In this document: positions 18,870 through 29,616 of the stretch, piece by piece
How positions within the stretch are numbered: position 1 is the stretch's first letter
Layout of the letters: the number at the start of each line of letters is the position of its first letter
Source of the DNA: Candidatus Deferrimicrobiaceae bacterium
GTDB taxonomy: Bacteria; Desulfobacterota; Deferrimicrobia; Deferrimicrobiales; Deferrimicrobiaceae
Direction of reading: 5' to 3'
Length of the DNA stretch: 64,000 bases
Assembly (NCBI GenBank): GCA_963792415.1
Contig: CAWBVY010000004.1
Span: 256,001 to 320,000, forward strand
Notes under the pieces: model-generated
What the model was told of the DNA's origin: nothing
Databases searched by the model: none
The model's input: only the letters and a program-made list of their open reading frames with translations
Program-made: the position numbers and the translations under genes

Positions 18870-21302
18870 ATGGACCTGTTCCAGAAGCAGGCACAGCCCC
18901 GCGCCATCCAGGACGAGATGCGCCAGAGCTACCTCGACTACGCGATGAGCGTGATCGTGGGGCGCGCGCTTCCCGACGTCCGCGACGGGCTGAAACCCGT
19001 CCAGCGCCGCATCCTCTTCGCCATGCACGAGCTTGGGAACGAGTACGGAAAGCCGTACAAGAAGTCCGCCCGCATCGTCGGCGACGTGATCGGTAAATAT
19101 CACCCGCACGGCGACAACGCGGTGTACGACGCCCTCGTGCGGATGGTGCAGGAGTTCTCGCTGCGGTACCCCCTGATCGACGGGCAGGGGAACTTCGGTT
19201 CGGTGGACGGCGACTCGGCCGCGGCGATGCGGTACACCGAGGTCCGGATGGCGAAGGTGGCGGGGGAACTGCTGTCGGATCTCGACAAGGAAACGGTCGA
19301 GACGCTCCCCAACTACGACGGCTCGCTCCAGGAGCCGCGCGTCCTTCCGTCCCGCGTTCCCAACCTGCTGGTGAACGGGAGCGCGGGGATCGCCGTCGGG
19401 ATGGCGACTTCCATCCCGCCCCACAACCTCGGCGAGGTGATCGGCGCCCTGCTCGCCCTGATCGGCAACCCCGACATCACGGTCGACGAGCTGATGGAGC
19501 ACGTCCCGGCGCCCGATTTCCCCACCGGCGGGATCCTCTACGGTCTCGACGGGGTGCGCGAGGCGTACCGCACGGGGCGCGGCAGCGTCCAGATCCGCGC
19601 GCGGGCCTTCATCGAGAAGGCGAAGAAGGGGGACCGGGAGTCGATCGTCGTCACCGAGATCCCGTACCAGGTGAACAAGTCCCGCCTCATCGAGCGGATG
19701 GCGGAGCTGGTGCGGAACAAGGAGATCGAGGAGATCTCGGACCTGCGGGACGAGTCCGACCGCGACGGGATGCGCGTGGTCGTGGAACTGAAGAAGGACG
19801 CGGTCGCCGAGGTCGTCCTCAACAACCTGTACAAGCAGACCCAGATGCAGACCTCCTTCGGCGTGCAGCTGCTGGCGATCGTCCAGAACCGGCCGCGGAC
19901 GATGAACCTCAAGGAGCTCCTCGAGGAGTTCCTCGCCTTCCGGAAGGAGGTCGTCACCCGGCGGACCCTCTTCCTGCTGCGGAAGGCGGAGGCCCGGGAG
20001 CACATCCTGCTCGGGCTTTCGATCGCCCTCGACCACATCGACGCGGTCATCCGGCTGATCCGGGCCTCGAAGGACCCGAAGGAGGCGAAGGAAGGCCTCG
20101 TGGCGAAGTTCGGCCTGTCGGAGATCCAGGCCCAGGCGATCCTCGACATGCGGCTGCAGCGGCTGACCGGGCTGGAGCGCGAGAAGATCCTGCAGGAGCT
20201 GAAGGAGGTTCGCGCGGAGATCGCCCGGCTGAAAAAGATCCTCGGCGAGGAGTCGGAGCTTCTGCGCGTGATCGGGCAGGAGTTCCGCGAGATCCGGGAC
20301 GCCTACGGGGACGCCCGCCGCTCCGAGATCCAGCGCGAGACGAAGGACCTGCGGCTCGAGGACCTGATCGTGGACGAGGAGATGGTGGTCACCGTCTCCC
20401 ACACGGGGTACATCAAGCGGAATCCGATCAGCCTCTACCGGACGCAGCGGCGCGGGGGGCGCGGGAAGGTCGGCATGGGGATGAAGGAGGAGGATTTCGT
20501 CTCGATGCTCTTCGTCGCCTCGATGCACACGTACGTCCTCTTCTTCTCGAACCAGGGGAAGGTGTACTGGCTGAAGGTCCACGAATTGCCGGAGGCGGGG
20601 CGCGCCTCGAAGGGGCGGGCCATCGTGAACCTCCTGTCCCTCTCCCCCGGCGAGGAGATCGCGTCGATCCTCCCCGTCCGGGAGTTCACGGAGGGGAAGT
20701 TCGTGATGACGGCGACGGCGCTCGGGGTCATCAAGAAGACGGACCTCATGGAGTACTCCCGGCCGCGCGCGGGCGGCATCATCGCCATGGGTCTGAACGA
20801 GGGGGACCGGCTGATCGCGACGGCACTCACCACGGGGCAGGACGAGGTGTCCCTCTCCACCCGCCAGGGGATGTCGATCCGCTTCCACGAGGAGGACGTC
20901 CGGTCGATGGGCCGCGCGGCGGTGGGGGTGCGCGGCATCGACCTCGAGGAGGGGGACGTCGCCGTGGGGATGGAGATCCTGAAGCCCCAGGGGACGCTCC
21001 TTTCCGTGACGGAGCACGGGTACGGGAAGCGCACGGCGGTCGAGGAGTACCGGAGCCAGTCGCGGGGCGGCAAGGGCGTGATCGCCCTGAAGGTGACGGG
21101 GAAGACCGGCCGCGTGGTCGGGGTCAGCCAGGTCGCCGAAACGGACGAGGTGATGCTGGTCACCGACGGCGGGAAGATCATCCGGCTCGGGATGGGCGAT
21201 CTGCGGGTGATCGGGAGGAACACGCAGGGCGTCCGCCTGATCGGACTCGGCGAGAAGGAAAGGGTCGTCTCGATCGCGCGCCTGGCGGAGAAGGAAGAGT
21301 GA
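18870..21302 (+). CDS. gyrA: DNA gyrase subunit A
   Basis: [24 protein letters not shown] catalytic Tyr, GyrA-box QRRGGRG, C-terminal pinwheel repeats. Confidence 0.98.
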   Translation: MDLFQKQAQPRAIQDEMRQSYLDYAMSVIVGRALPDVRDGLKPVQRRILFAMHELGNEYGKPYKKSARIVGDVIGKYHPHGDNAVYDALVRMVQEFSLRYPLIDGQGNFGSVDGDSAAAMRYTEVRMAKVAGELLSDLDKETVETLPNYDGSLQEPRVLPSRVPNLLVNGSAGIAVGMATSIPPHNLGEVIGALLALIGNPDITVDELMEHVPAPDFPTGGILYGLDGVREAYRTGRGSVQIRARAFIEKAKKGDRESIVVTEIPYQVNKSRLIERMAELVRNKEIEEISDLRDESDRDGMRVVVELKKDAVAEVVLNNLYKQTQMQTSFGVQLLAIVQNRPRTMNLKELLEEFLAFRKEVVTRRTLFLLRKAEAREHILLGLSIALDHIDAVIRLIRASKDPKEAKEGLVAKFGLSEIQAQAILDMRLQRLTGLEREKILQELKEVRAEIARLKKILGEESELLRVIGQEFREIRDAYGDARRSEIQRETKDLRLEDLIVDEEMVVTVSHTGYIKRNPISLYRTQRRGGRGKVGMGMKEEDFVSMLFVASMHTYVLFFSNQGKVYWLKVHELPEAGRASKGRAIVNLLSLSPGEEIASILPVREFTEGKFVMTATALGVIKKTDLMEYSRPRAGGIIAMGLNEGDRLIATALTTGQDEVSLSTRQGMSIRFHEEDVRSMGRAAVGVRGIDLEEGDVAVGMEILKPQGTLLSVTEHGYGKRTAVEEYRSQSRGGKGVIALKVTGKTGRVVGVSQVAETDEVMLVTDGGKIIRLGMGDLRVIGRNTQGVRLIGLGEKERVVSIARLAEKEE

Positions 21303-21305
21303 GCG

Positions 21306-22091
21306 GTGGCGGGGGCGTGGAGGATCGGGCTCCTGTGCGGGGCGCTGCTTCTTTCGGCGGCGTGCGCGGACCCGGCCCGGGAGCGGTTCGAGCGGGCGGA
21401 GAAGGAACTCCTTTCGCAGAAGATGGAGGCGGCCCTCGCCGACTACCGGGTCATCGCCCGGGACCATCCCCAGTCGCGGGTTGCCCCGGCCGCCCTGCTG
21501 CGCCAGGGGGACCTCTACGGCGGCTACTTCCGGAACTTCCCCGCGGCGCTCGAGGCGTACGAATCCCTCGTGTACAACTACCCGAGGGCGCCCGAGGTGC
21601 CGCGCGCGCTGCTGCGGACCGCGGAGATCCACCTGCTGCAGTACTTCGACCCCTCCTCGGCGGCCGCGGATCTGGAGCGGATCCGGAAGACGTTCCCGCG
21701 GTTCGAGGGGGAGGACGAGGTGCTCTTCCTCCTCGCGCGGGCGTATGGCGCCGCGGGGGAGGACGAGCGGCAGGAGGCGGCGCTCGCCGAACTGATCGAG
21801 CAATTTCCCAATTCGAACCGCGCGGCCGAGGGGCGATGGATGCTGGCGTACGCGCTCTTCGGGCAGCGCCGGTACGCCGACGCGGGCCGGGAGTTCCGCA
21901 AGCTTCTGTATCTTTCGACGGAGCGCGAGTCCACGGCCCAGGCGCGCTGGGGGGTGGCGCAGTCGCTCGAGGGGATGGGGGACCTCGAGGGCGCGATCTC
22001 CCAGTACGAGGCGATGCTGGAAGACGCGGACAACCCGGAGTACGTGACGGAGAAGATCGAGCGGCTCAAGGCCCGCCTCCGGAAGCCGTGA
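21306..22091 (+). CDS. TPR lipoprotein (BamD/CpoB-like)
   Basis: Lipobox LSAAC; repeated TPR helices. Confidence 0.75.
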   Translation: MAGAWRIGLLCGALLLSAACADPARERFERAEKELLSQKMEAALADYRVIARDHPQSRVAPAALLRQGDLYGGYFRNFPAALEAYESLVYNYPRAPEVPRALLRTAEIHLLQYFDPSSAAADLERIRKTFPRFEGEDEVLFLLARAYGAAGEDERQEAALAELIEQFPNSNRAAEGRWMLAYALFGQRRYADAGREFRKLLYLSTERESTAQARWGVAQSLEGMGDLEGAISQYEAMLEDADNPEYVTEKIERLKARLRKP

Positions 22092-22116
22092 TCGCTCCGG
22101 AACGGTACGGGAGGCG

Positions 22117-23133
22117 GTGAGCGTGGAGAGAAAGGAGTCGGTCGCCGTCGTCGGGGCGGGGTCGTGGGGGACGGCGTTCGCCGCGATGCTCGCCGGGCGG
22201 CACGAATCGGTCACTCTGTGGGCGCACGAGACGGAGGTGTTCGCCGACCTCCGGGATCGGCGGGAAAACCGTGCCTTCCTGCCGGGGGTCGCCCTCCCCT
22301 CGGCGATCCGGCCGACGATCGACCTCGCGGGTGCGGTTTCCGGGAAGACCGTGGTGGTCTTCGCCGTTCCGTCCCAGCACCTGCGGGAGGTGGCGGCGCG
22401 GACGACGGCGCACCTGTCCCCCGACGCTTGCCTCGTCTCCCTGGCCAAGGGGGTCGAGAACGGAACGCTGAAGCGGATGACGGAGGTGCTCGCCGAGGCG
22501 TCCCCGGAGCACGCCCTCCGCGTCGCGGCCCTTTCCGGCCCGACCTTCGCCCGCGAGGTGGCGGAAGGGAAGCCGACGGGAGCGACGGTGGCGGCGCGCG
22601 ACCTCTCCGTCGCGCGGAGGCTGCAGCACGCGCTGTCCGGTTCCCGATTCCGCCTCTACGCCGACGACGACGTGACGGGGATCGAGATCGGCGGGGCGTT
22701 GAAAAACGTGATGGCGATCGCGGCGGGGATGGCCGACGGGCTGGGGTTCGGCCACAACGCGCGGGCGCTCCTCATCTCCCGGGGGCTCGCCGAGATCTCC
22801 CGGCTGGGCGTCCACCTCGGTGCGCACCCGCAGACGTTCGCGGGGCTGGCGGGGATGGGGGACCTGGTCCTCACCTGCACCGGCGACCTCTCCCGGAACC
22901 GGACCGTCGGGGTGCGCGTGGGGTCCGGCGAGAGGATCGCCGACATCCTCCCGGGGATGACGATGGTGGCCGAGGGAGTCCGTACGGCGGTCTCCGCCGT
23001 GGAGCTGTCGCGCCGCACGGGGGTGCCGATGCCGATCTCGGAGCAGGTGCACCGCATTCTCCACGAGGGGAAGGACGTCCGGGAGGCGGTGAGCGAGCTC
23101 TTTTCCCGGGCGCTGAAGCGGGAGAAGGAGTAG
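22117..23133 (+). CDS. gpsA: NAD(P)H-dependent glycerol-3-phosphate dehydrogenase
   Basis: [42 protein letters not shown]. Confidence 0.96.
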   Translation: MSVERKESVAVVGAGSWGTAFAAMLAGRHESVTLWAHETEVFADLRDRRENRAFLPGVALPSAIRPTIDLAGAVSGKTVVVFAVPSQHLREVAARTTAHLSPDACLVSLAKGVENGTLKRMTEVLAEASPEHALRVAALSGPTFAREVAEGKPTGATVAARDLSVARRLQHALSGSRFRLYADDDVTGIEIGGALKNVMAIAAGMADGLGFGHNARALLISRGLAEISRLGVHLGAHPQTFAGLAGMGDLVLTCTGDLSRNRTVGVRVGSGERIADILPGMTMVAEGVRTAVSAVELSRRTGVPMPISEQVHRILHEGKDVREAVSELFSRALKREKE

Positions 23134-23140
23134 GAGCGCG

Positions 23141-24070
23141 ATGCGGAAGGAAGTGCCGGCCCTCAAGGCGGAGATCGGGAAACTGCTTTCGGAGCGCAAC
23201 GCAATCCTGCTGGCGCACAATTACCAGCGGGACGAGGTGCAGGAGATCGCGGACATCACGGGCGACTCGCTGGGGCTCTCGCAGGAGGCGGCGAAGACGA
23301 ACGCGGATGTGATCGTCTTCTGCGGCGTCCACTTCATGGCCGAGAGCGCCGCGATCCTGTCCCCGGGGAAGACCGTGCTGCTGCCGCGCGAGGACGCGGG
23401 GTGCCCGATGGCGGACATGATCACCGGACCCGACCTCGCGGCGTACCGGGAAGCGCATCCCGGCGCCGTCGTCGTGACGTACGTCAACTCCTCCGCGGAG
23501 GTGAAGGCCCTCTCCGACGTCTGCTGCACCTCGGGCAACGCGGTGAACGTGGTGAAGTCGGTCCCGGCGGGGAAGGAGATCTACATGGTCCCCGACCGGA
23601 ACCTCGCGCAGTGGGTGGCGAAGGTGTCGGGCCGCCCGCTCACCTGGTGGGACGGCTACTGCCCGACCCACGAGCGGCTGACCGTCGACGCCACGGTGAG
23701 GGCGAAGGAGGCCCACCCGGACGCCGTGCTCGTGGTCCACCCCGAGTGCCCGCCCGAGGTGGTGGCGATGGCGGACGCGGTCCTCTCCACGGCGGGGATG
23801 TACGCCTGGTGCCGGCGCTCCCCGGCGAAGGAGTTCATCGTCGGGACGGAGATGGGGATCCTCTACCGGCTCCGGAAGGAGAACCCGGGAAAGCGGTTCC
23901 ACACCGCCTCGCGCGCCCTCCTGTGCCCGAACATGAAGCTCACGACGCTCGAGGACGTGCGGGACGCGCTCGTCTCCCTCTCGCCCGTGATCACGGTGCC
24001 CGAAGAGGTGCGGGTCCGTGCGAAGGCGGCCCTCGACGCGATGCTCGCCGTTCCCCGCGACGCCGCGTAG
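23141..24070 (+). CDS. nadA: Quinolinate synthase A
   Basis: [35 protein letters not shown]. Confidence 0.96.
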   Translation: MRKEVPALKAEIGKLLSERNAILLAHNYQRDEVQEIADITGDSLGLSQEAAKTNADVIVFCGVHFMAESAAILSPGKTVLLPREDAGCPMADMITGPDLAAYREAHPGAVVVTYVNSSAEVKALSDVCCTSGNAVNVVKSVPAGKEIYMVPDRNLAQWVAKVSGRPLTWWDGYCPTHERLTVDATVRAKEAHPDAVLVVHPECPPEVVAMADAVLSTAGMYAWCRRSPAKEFIVGTEMGILYRLRKENPGKRFHTASRALLCPNMKLTTLEDVRDALVSLSPVITVPEEVRVRAKAALDAMLAVPRDAA

Positions 24071-24096
24071 ATCACCCCCGGACCTTCGTCCCCGGA

Positions 24097-27000
24097 ATGC
24101 ACCAGACCCTCCCGAGGCTCTCCTTCGAGCACGTCGCCCTCGCCCTCGCGAAGCGCGGAACCTCCCCCTGCGTCCAGTGGATGCGACTCCCGCCCGGGGC
24201 GAGGTCGTTCCTCGCCGCCCGTCTCTTCGAGCGTCTCGGCCGCACGCTCCTGTACCTGTGCGCCGGCGAGAAGGAAGCGGAGGAGGCGACCCGGGAACTG
24301 ACCGCCTATCTCGGACCCGACGCGGTCCTCCCGTTCCCTTCCATCGAGGCGACGCCGTACGAGCCGGTTCCCCCGCACCTCCCCTCGGTCCACGACCGGA
24401 TGCGGGCGCTCCACCGGCTTCTTTCCGGACCCCCCGCCGTGGTCGTCGCCCCGATCGCGGCGGCGGCGGAGAAGACGCTCCCCCCCGAGGCCTTCGTCGA
24501 GGCGGTAGCCGGGGTATCCCCGGGGGATACGCTCGACGTCGACGCGTTCACGGCGCGCCTCGTGACCCTCGGCTACGCCCGCCTTCCCGCGGCGGCCGAC
24601 CCGGGGGATTTCGCGGTGCGCGGGGGGATCGTCGACGTCTACAGCCCGGCCCATCCGCTCCCGGCGAGGATCCTGCTGGACGGCGACGCCGTCGAGTCGG
24701 TGCGGTGGTTCCACCCGTCGACGCAGCGAACGGTGGCGGCGGGAGCGCGGGCGGACGGAGAACCCGGGCACGGGGAGCGACTCGTGATTCTTCCATGCTC
24801 CCAGGTGATCACGCGCGACGATTACCTTACGGCGGCGTGTGACGGGAGCCCCGCTGATTCCGAAGACATGGAGCAGGCCCCCAAAAGGGGGCACGCCCCC
24901 AAGAGGGGGCACGCCTCAAGGCCATATGCCTGGCAGGAGGCCTTTCGGCATGGGATCCGGTTCCACGGCGCGGACGCCCTTCTGCCGCGCCTCTACGGTC
25001 ACGCCGCCCCGGTCTTTTCGTACCTTCCCGCGGACGCCCTCGTCGTGGTGGTCGACTCCGTGGAGTGCGTCGCCGCCGCCCGGAACGCCTTCGAGGAGGC
25101 GGAGGAGAGGTACTCCCTCGCGGGGGAGGAAGAGGGGTCCCCCGCGCCGTCGGAGCTGGTCGTGCCGGAAGCCGAGCTGGTTGCCGCGCTCTCCTGCGTC
25201 CCGATGCTCGCCTTCGACGGGATCGAGGTTCCCCCCTTCGGGCGCAAGGAGCCGCTGCGGGGGGACGCGGGGGTGGAGGGGAACGAGGAGATCCGTCGAA
25301 GCACCGCAACCGCCTCCTCGGAGGGGCTCCTCTACCCGCTGGCCGAGGAGGCGAAGGCGTGGTGGAAGCGGGGCGACCGGTTCATCGTCAGTTCCCTCTC
25401 CCCGTCGCAGGTCGACCGGATGGAGGATTTCCTCTCCCGGTACGCCGTTCCCCTTTCCCGCGTCGACTCGCTGCGCGAGGCGCTGTCCCGGAACCAGGGG
25501 GTCTTCCTGTGCGGGTCGGAGGTCACCCGGGGGTTCCGGGCGCCGGAGCTTCGCGCGGCGATCGTCACCGAGAGCGAGATCTTCGGGGAGAAGGCCCGGG
25601 CGCGCCGCCCCCGGAGGGAGCGGATCGCCGTCCCCGAGGAGTTCTCGCTCGCGGACCTGCGCGTGAACGACCCGGCGGTCCACGTGGATCACGGGATCGG
25701 GATCTACCGCGGCCTGCTGCGCCGGGTGGCCGCCGGGACCGAGGGGGACTACCTCGTCCTCGAGTACGCGGGGGGCGATCGGCTGTTCGTCCCCGTGGAG
25801 AAGATGTCCAGGGTGCAGCGGTACGTGGCGTCGGAGCAGGGGCGCGCGCAGCTGTCGCGCCTGGGGGGTACGGCGTGGCAGCGCGCCAAGCGGAAGGTGC
25901 GGGACGATCTGCTCGCGATGGCGCAGGAGCTGGTGGACCTGCAGGCGAAGCGCCAGCTGGCCGAGAAGGCTCCCGTTTCGCCGCCCGACGCGGTCTTCCG
26001 GGAATTCGAGGCTTCGTTCCCCCACGAGGAGACGTCAGACCAGGAGCAGGTGATCCGCGAGGTGCTGTCGGACCTCTCTTCCCCCCGCCCGATGGACCGG
26101 CTCGTCTGCGGAGACGTGGGGTACGGCAAGACCGAGGTGGCGATCCGCGCGGCGTTCCAGGTGGTGATGTCCGGGAAGCAGGCGGCGGTTCTGGTTCCGA
26201 CGACCCTCCTGGCCGAGCAGCATTACCAGACGTTCACCCGCCGCCTCGCGGGGTACCCCGTGCGGGTGGCGAACCTGTCGCGGTTCGGCACCCGCAAGGA
26301 CCAGGCGGCGGTGGTGAAGGGGGTGGCGAACGGCACGGTCGACGTCGTCGTCGGCACGCACCGGCTCCTGCAGAGGGACGTGACGTTCCGGGACCTCGGG
26401 CTCGTGGTGATCGACGAGGAGCAGCGGTTCGGAGTGGCGCACAAGGAACGGTTGAAGAGGATGCGCGCCGCGGTCGACGTGCTGACGCTGTCGGCCACTC
26501 CGATCCCGCGCACGCTGCACATGGCGTTCTCCGGGATCCGGGATGTGAGCCTGATCGCCACCCCCCCCGAGGACCGGCTCTCGATCCGCACCTTCGTCGT
26601 CCCCTTCTCGGGGGAGACGATCCGCGAGGCGGTGGATCGGGAGATCCGCCGGGGCGGGCAGGTCTTCTTCGTCCACAACCGGGTGCAGACCCTCCCCGCG
26701 ATGGAGCGGTACCTGCGCGAGCTGCTCCCCGACGCCCGGATCGCCGTAGGGCACGGGCAGATGGACGAGGAGACCCTTTCCGTCGCGATGGACGATTTCG
26801 CGTCGCGCCGCGCCGACATCCTCCTGTGCACCGCGATCATCGAGGCCGGGCTGGACCTGCCCAACGCGAACACGATTCTCGTGAACCTCGCCCACCGGTT
26901 CGGGCTGGCCCAGCTGTACCAGCTCCGGGGCCGCGTGGGCCGCGACCGCCACCGGGCGTACGCCTACTTCGTCGTCCCGAAAGACGTGGCTCTTACCCGG

Positions 27001-27660
27001 GACGCCACACGGCGGCTTGCCGTGCTCGAGGAGCTCACCGAACTCGGCTCGGGGTTCCGGATCGCCTCCCACGACCTCGAGATCCGGGGCGCGGGGAACC
27101 TTCTCGGGAAGGACCAGTCGGGACAGATCCACCAGGTGGGGTTCGAGCTGTACACGCAGCTGCTCTCCGAGACGGTGGCGGAGATCTCGGGGAAGATCTC
27201 CTCGCAGGAGGAGGAGCCGGAACTGGAGCTTCGCGTCCCGGCGTTCCTCCCGGATGACTACATCGAGGAGGCCGGGGAGCGCCTGGAGTTCTATCGGAAG
27301 CTGTCGTCGGCGAAGACCGTGGACGCCGCGGACGAGATCGAGATGGCGCTGCTGGACCGGTTCGGCCGGCTTCCCGTTCCCGCACGCGCGCTGTGCGACC
27401 TGGCGCGGATGCGAGCCGGGATGCGCTCCGCGGGAGTGGCGGAGCTCAAGCGCGGGGACGGCTCCCTGTTCCTCACCCTTGCCGCCCATTCCCCGTTCGA
27501 CCGGGCGATACTGGTTTCCTGGGTGACGCGGGAACGGAAGACCTTCTCCTTCGTCCGCGGGGAGATCCTCGCGATGCGCCTTCCGGGTCAGGATCCCGCG
27601 GAGGTCCTGGCGGCGGCGAAAAACCTGTTGAGCCGGTTCGGCACCGGCAGTACGATGTAG
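24097..27660 (+). CDS. mfd: Transcription-repair coupling factor
   Basis: UvrB-like N-term (FAVRGGIVDVY), HVDHGIG, CGDVGYGKTEVA, DEEQRFGV, QLRGRVGR, DLEIRGAGNLLG. Confidence 0.97.
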   Translation: MHQTLPRLSFEHVALALAKRGTSPCVQWMRLPPGARSFLAARLFERLGRTLLYLCAGEKEAEEATRELTAYLGPDAVLPFPSIEATPYEPVPPHLPSVHDRMRALHRLLSGPPAVVVAPIAAAAEKTLPPEAFVEAVAGVSPGDTLDVDAFTARLVTLGYARLPAAADPGDFAVRGGIVDVYSPAHPLPARILLDGDAVESVRWFHPSTQRTVAAGARADGEPGHGERLVILPCSQVITRDDYLTAACDGSPADSEDMEQAPKRGHAPKRGHASRPYAWQEAFRHGIRFHGADALLPRLYGHAAPVFSYLPADALVVVVDSVECVAAARNAFEEAEERYSLAGEEEGSPAPSELVVPEAELVAALSCVPMLAFDGIEVPPFGRKEPLRGDAGVEGNEEIRRSTATASSEGLLYPLAEEAKAWWKRGDRFIVSSLSPSQVDRMEDFLSRYAVPLSRVDSLREALSRNQGVFLCGSEVTRGFRAPELRAAIVTESEIFGEKARARRPRRERIAVPEEFSLADLRVNDPAVHVDHGIGIYRGLLRRVAAGTEGDYLVLEYAGGDRLFVPVEKMSRVQRYVASEQGRAQLSRLGGTAWQRAKRKVRDDLLAMAQELVDLQAKRQLAEKAPVSPPDAVFREFEASFPHEETSDQEQVIREVLSDLSSPRPMDRLVCGDVGYGKTEVAIRAAFQVVMSGKQAAVLVPTTLLAEQHYQTFTRRLAGYPVRVANLSRFGTRKDQAAVVKGVANGTVDVVVGTHRLLQRDVTFRDLGLVVIDEEQRFGVAHKERLKRMRAAVDVLTLSATPIPRTLHMAFSGIRDVSLIATPPEDRLSIRTFVVPFSGETIREAVDREIRRGGQVFFVHNRVQTLPAMERYLRELLPDARIAVGHGQMDEETLSVAMDDFASRRADILLCTAIIEAGLDLPNANTILVNLAHRFGLAQLYQLRGRVGRDRHRAYAYFVVPKDVALTRDATRRLAVLEELTELGSGFRIASHDLEIRGAGNLLGKDQSGQIHQVGFELYTQLLSETVAEISGKISSQEEEPELELRVPAFLPDDYIEEAGERLEFYRKLSSAKTVDAADEIEMALLDRFGRLPVPARALCDLARMRAGMRSAGVAELKRGDGSLFLTLAAHSPFDRAILVSWVTRERKTFSFVRGEILAMRLPGQDPAEVLAAAKNLLSRFGTGSTM
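24877..24922. repeat. Tandem 18-bp palindromic units inside mfd (encode APKRGH twice)
   Basis: GCCCCCAAAAGGGGGCAC GCCCCCAAGAGGGGGCAC GCCTCAAGGC. Confidence 0.8.
27628..27656 (+). promoter_or_regulatory. Putative internal promoter at the 3' end of mfd for the PPIase cluster
   Basis: TTGAGC-N17-TACGAT. Confidence 0.4.
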
Positions 27661-27707
27661 TATTGGGTCGGGTTCCTTCGAAATTTTTCACCAAGGAGAG
27701 CTGCTCC

Positions 27708-28628
27708 ATGCGGAAGATGCCGGTTCTGTTCGTGATTTTCACGTTCGTCGCATCCGCCTGCGGGAGCGCCCCGGGGAACGGACCGCAGGGAAAGGTTCTC
27801 GCCGTAGTGGACGGGGAGCCTCTCACGGAGGCGACCCTCATGAAAGAGGTGGAGAACCTTCCCCCCTACGTGCGGCCGATCCTCGAAACCGCAGCGGGCA
27901 GGGCGCAGTTTCTCGAGAGCGTCATCACCCGCAACCTGCTGATGCGAGAGGCGTTGCGGCGCGGGATCGACCGCCGCCCCGAGGTGGCCGACCGGATCGG
28001 CATGGCGCGCAAGTCGATCGTCCTAGAGGCGCTGCTTCGCGACGTGGCCGAAAAGGCCCCCGGGCTTTCCGACGACACGCTTCGCAAGATCTACGACGAG
28101 AACCCCGCCTTGCACCAGGTCGGGGAGCGGGTGAGGGTGAGCCACATGCTCTTCCGGGACAAGGCCCGCGCGCTTGAGATTTTTCATCGCGCGAAGGCGG
28201 GGGAGCCGTTCGAATCGCTGATGAAGGAGGTCGCGGCCGGCGACGGCGAGGTCGCCGTGGACCTCGGGGAGATCGAGCGCGGGAACTTCGTGAAGGAATT
28301 CGAGGCGGCGGCCTTCGCCACCGAACCCGGCGAGGTGACGGGTCCCGTCAAGACCACGTACGGGTACCATGTGATCAAGGTGTACGCGAAATCACCCGCG
28401 GGCACCATTTCGTTCGAGGAGATGAAGCCGAAACTCCTCGCCGAGCAGCGGGAGCAGGCGCAGCGGGACGCCTTCGAGGGGTTGATCGCAGGCTTGAGGA
28501 AACAGGCGACGGTGCGCGTCCTCTACAAGCCGGAGGGGCCTCCGGTCTCCACGGGGGCGCAGGCGCCGGGAACGACGTCGGACGCCCCGAAGGCCGTTGA
28601 ACCGGCCCAGCCGTCGCAGGGGAAGTGA
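27708..28628 (+). CDS. Parvulin-type peptidyl-prolyl isomerase lipoprotein
   Basis: AAGGAG RBS; lipobox ASAC; RVSHML, DLG, EFEAAAF, GPVKTTYGYHVIKV. Confidence 0.88.
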   Translation: MRKMPVLFVIFTFVASACGSAPGNGPQGKVLAVVDGEPLTEATLMKEVENLPPYVRPILETAAGRAQFLESVITRNLLMREALRRGIDRRPEVADRIGMARKSIVLEALLRDVAEKAPGLSDDTLRKIYDENPALHQVGERVRVSHMLFRDKARALEIFHRAKAGEPFESLMKEVAAGDGEVAVDLGEIERGNFVKEFEAAAFATEPGEVTGPVKTTYGYHVIKVYAKSPAGTISFEEMKPKLLAEQREQAQRDAFEGLIAGLRKQATVRVLYKPEGPPVSTGAQAPGTTSDAPKAVEPAQPSQGK

Positions 28629-29616
28629 TTCCCGGGGGACGCTCCTGATTCTTTCGAAGAGAAAACCAGGAGCGTCCACTGCCCATGCCGTCGCCCGGTT
28701 CGCGCTGGTTGCCGCGTTGCTGTGGGCATGTTCTCCCGCACCGTCGAACCGGTCCGATGCCGAGGTCGTCGTCGCCGAGGTGGACGGCGCACCCGTCGTC
28801 CTGAAGGACGTCAAGAACGAGATTCTGTCGATGCGCGGGTACACGCCGTCCCTCGAGGCCCGGGGCCCCTCCCGCGGAGAGGTTTCCGAGGCGGTCCGGC
28901 GGGCGATCGAGCGGACCGTTGTCCTGCGCGAGGGGCGGCGACGGGGGGTCACGCTTCCCGCGGGATCCCTCGAGGAAGAGGTGATGCGGTTCCGGGCGGA
29001 CTTCCCGCCGGGGGGACTCGAGAAGGCGCTACTTCAGGCGGGGATGGAACCCGACGCGTGGCGGGAGCAGCTCCGGAGTTCCCTCCTGTACCGGCGGTCG
29101 GCCGACGCCATTGCGGCGGCCGGGGCGACGGTGACCCCGCAGGAGGTGGAGGAGGAGTTCCGGAAGGAACGGAATCCCGCGACGGTCCCGGAGAGGATCC
29201 GCGTGCGGCAATATCTCTTCGATTCGGCGGAGCGCGCCGCCGTCGCGCGGGAGAAGCTGCAGGCCGGGAGGCTCGTCGGCGGGGTCGCCGGAGATCCTTC
29301 CGTCGAGGGGGTCGACCTCGGGTTCTTCCGCCGCGACGAACTCCCCCCGGAAATTCCGGCCGGAGTGTTCGACCTTCCGGAGGGCGGCGTCAGCGAGCCG
29401 GTTCCCGGGGAAGACGTGACGAGCCTGTTCCGGGTCACGCGGAGGGAAGCGGCCGGGGAGCAGACGCTGGGCAGCGAAGAGGCGCGGATCCGGGAGTCGA
29501 TTCTTGCGCCCCGGAGGGAGGCGGCGTTCCGCCGGTGGCTGGCGCAGGCTACGGCGGGGGCGAGGGTCAAGGTGCACGCGGAACTGCTGCAAAAACTGGT
29601 GGAGGAGAAACCTTGA
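28597..29616 (+). CDS. SurA/PPIase-domain lipoprotein (start uncertain)
   Basis: Lipobox LWAC; VVAEVDG; degenerate parvulin DLGFFRRDELP..GGVSEPV. Confidence 0.75.
   Translation: MNRPSRRRGSDSRGTLLILSKRKPGASTAHAVARFALVAALLWACSPAPSNRSDAEVVVAEVDGAPVVLKDVKNEILSMRGYTPSLEARGPSRGEVSEAVRRAIERTVVLREGRRRGVTLPAGSLEEEVMRFRADFPPGGLEKALLQAGMEPDAWREQLRSSLLYRRSADAIAAAGATVTPQEVEEEFRKERNPATVPERIRVRQYLFDSAERAAVAREKLQAGRLVGGVAGDPSVEGVDLGFFRRDELPPEIPAGVFDLPEGGVSEPVPGEDVTSLFRVTRREAAGEQTLGSEEARIRESILAPRREAAFRRWLAQATAGARVKVHAELLQKLVEEKP

Noticed and set aside
18870-21302. gyrA without adjacent gyrB, possible parC
   Set aside because: GyrA-box is present, and split gyrA/gyrB is common
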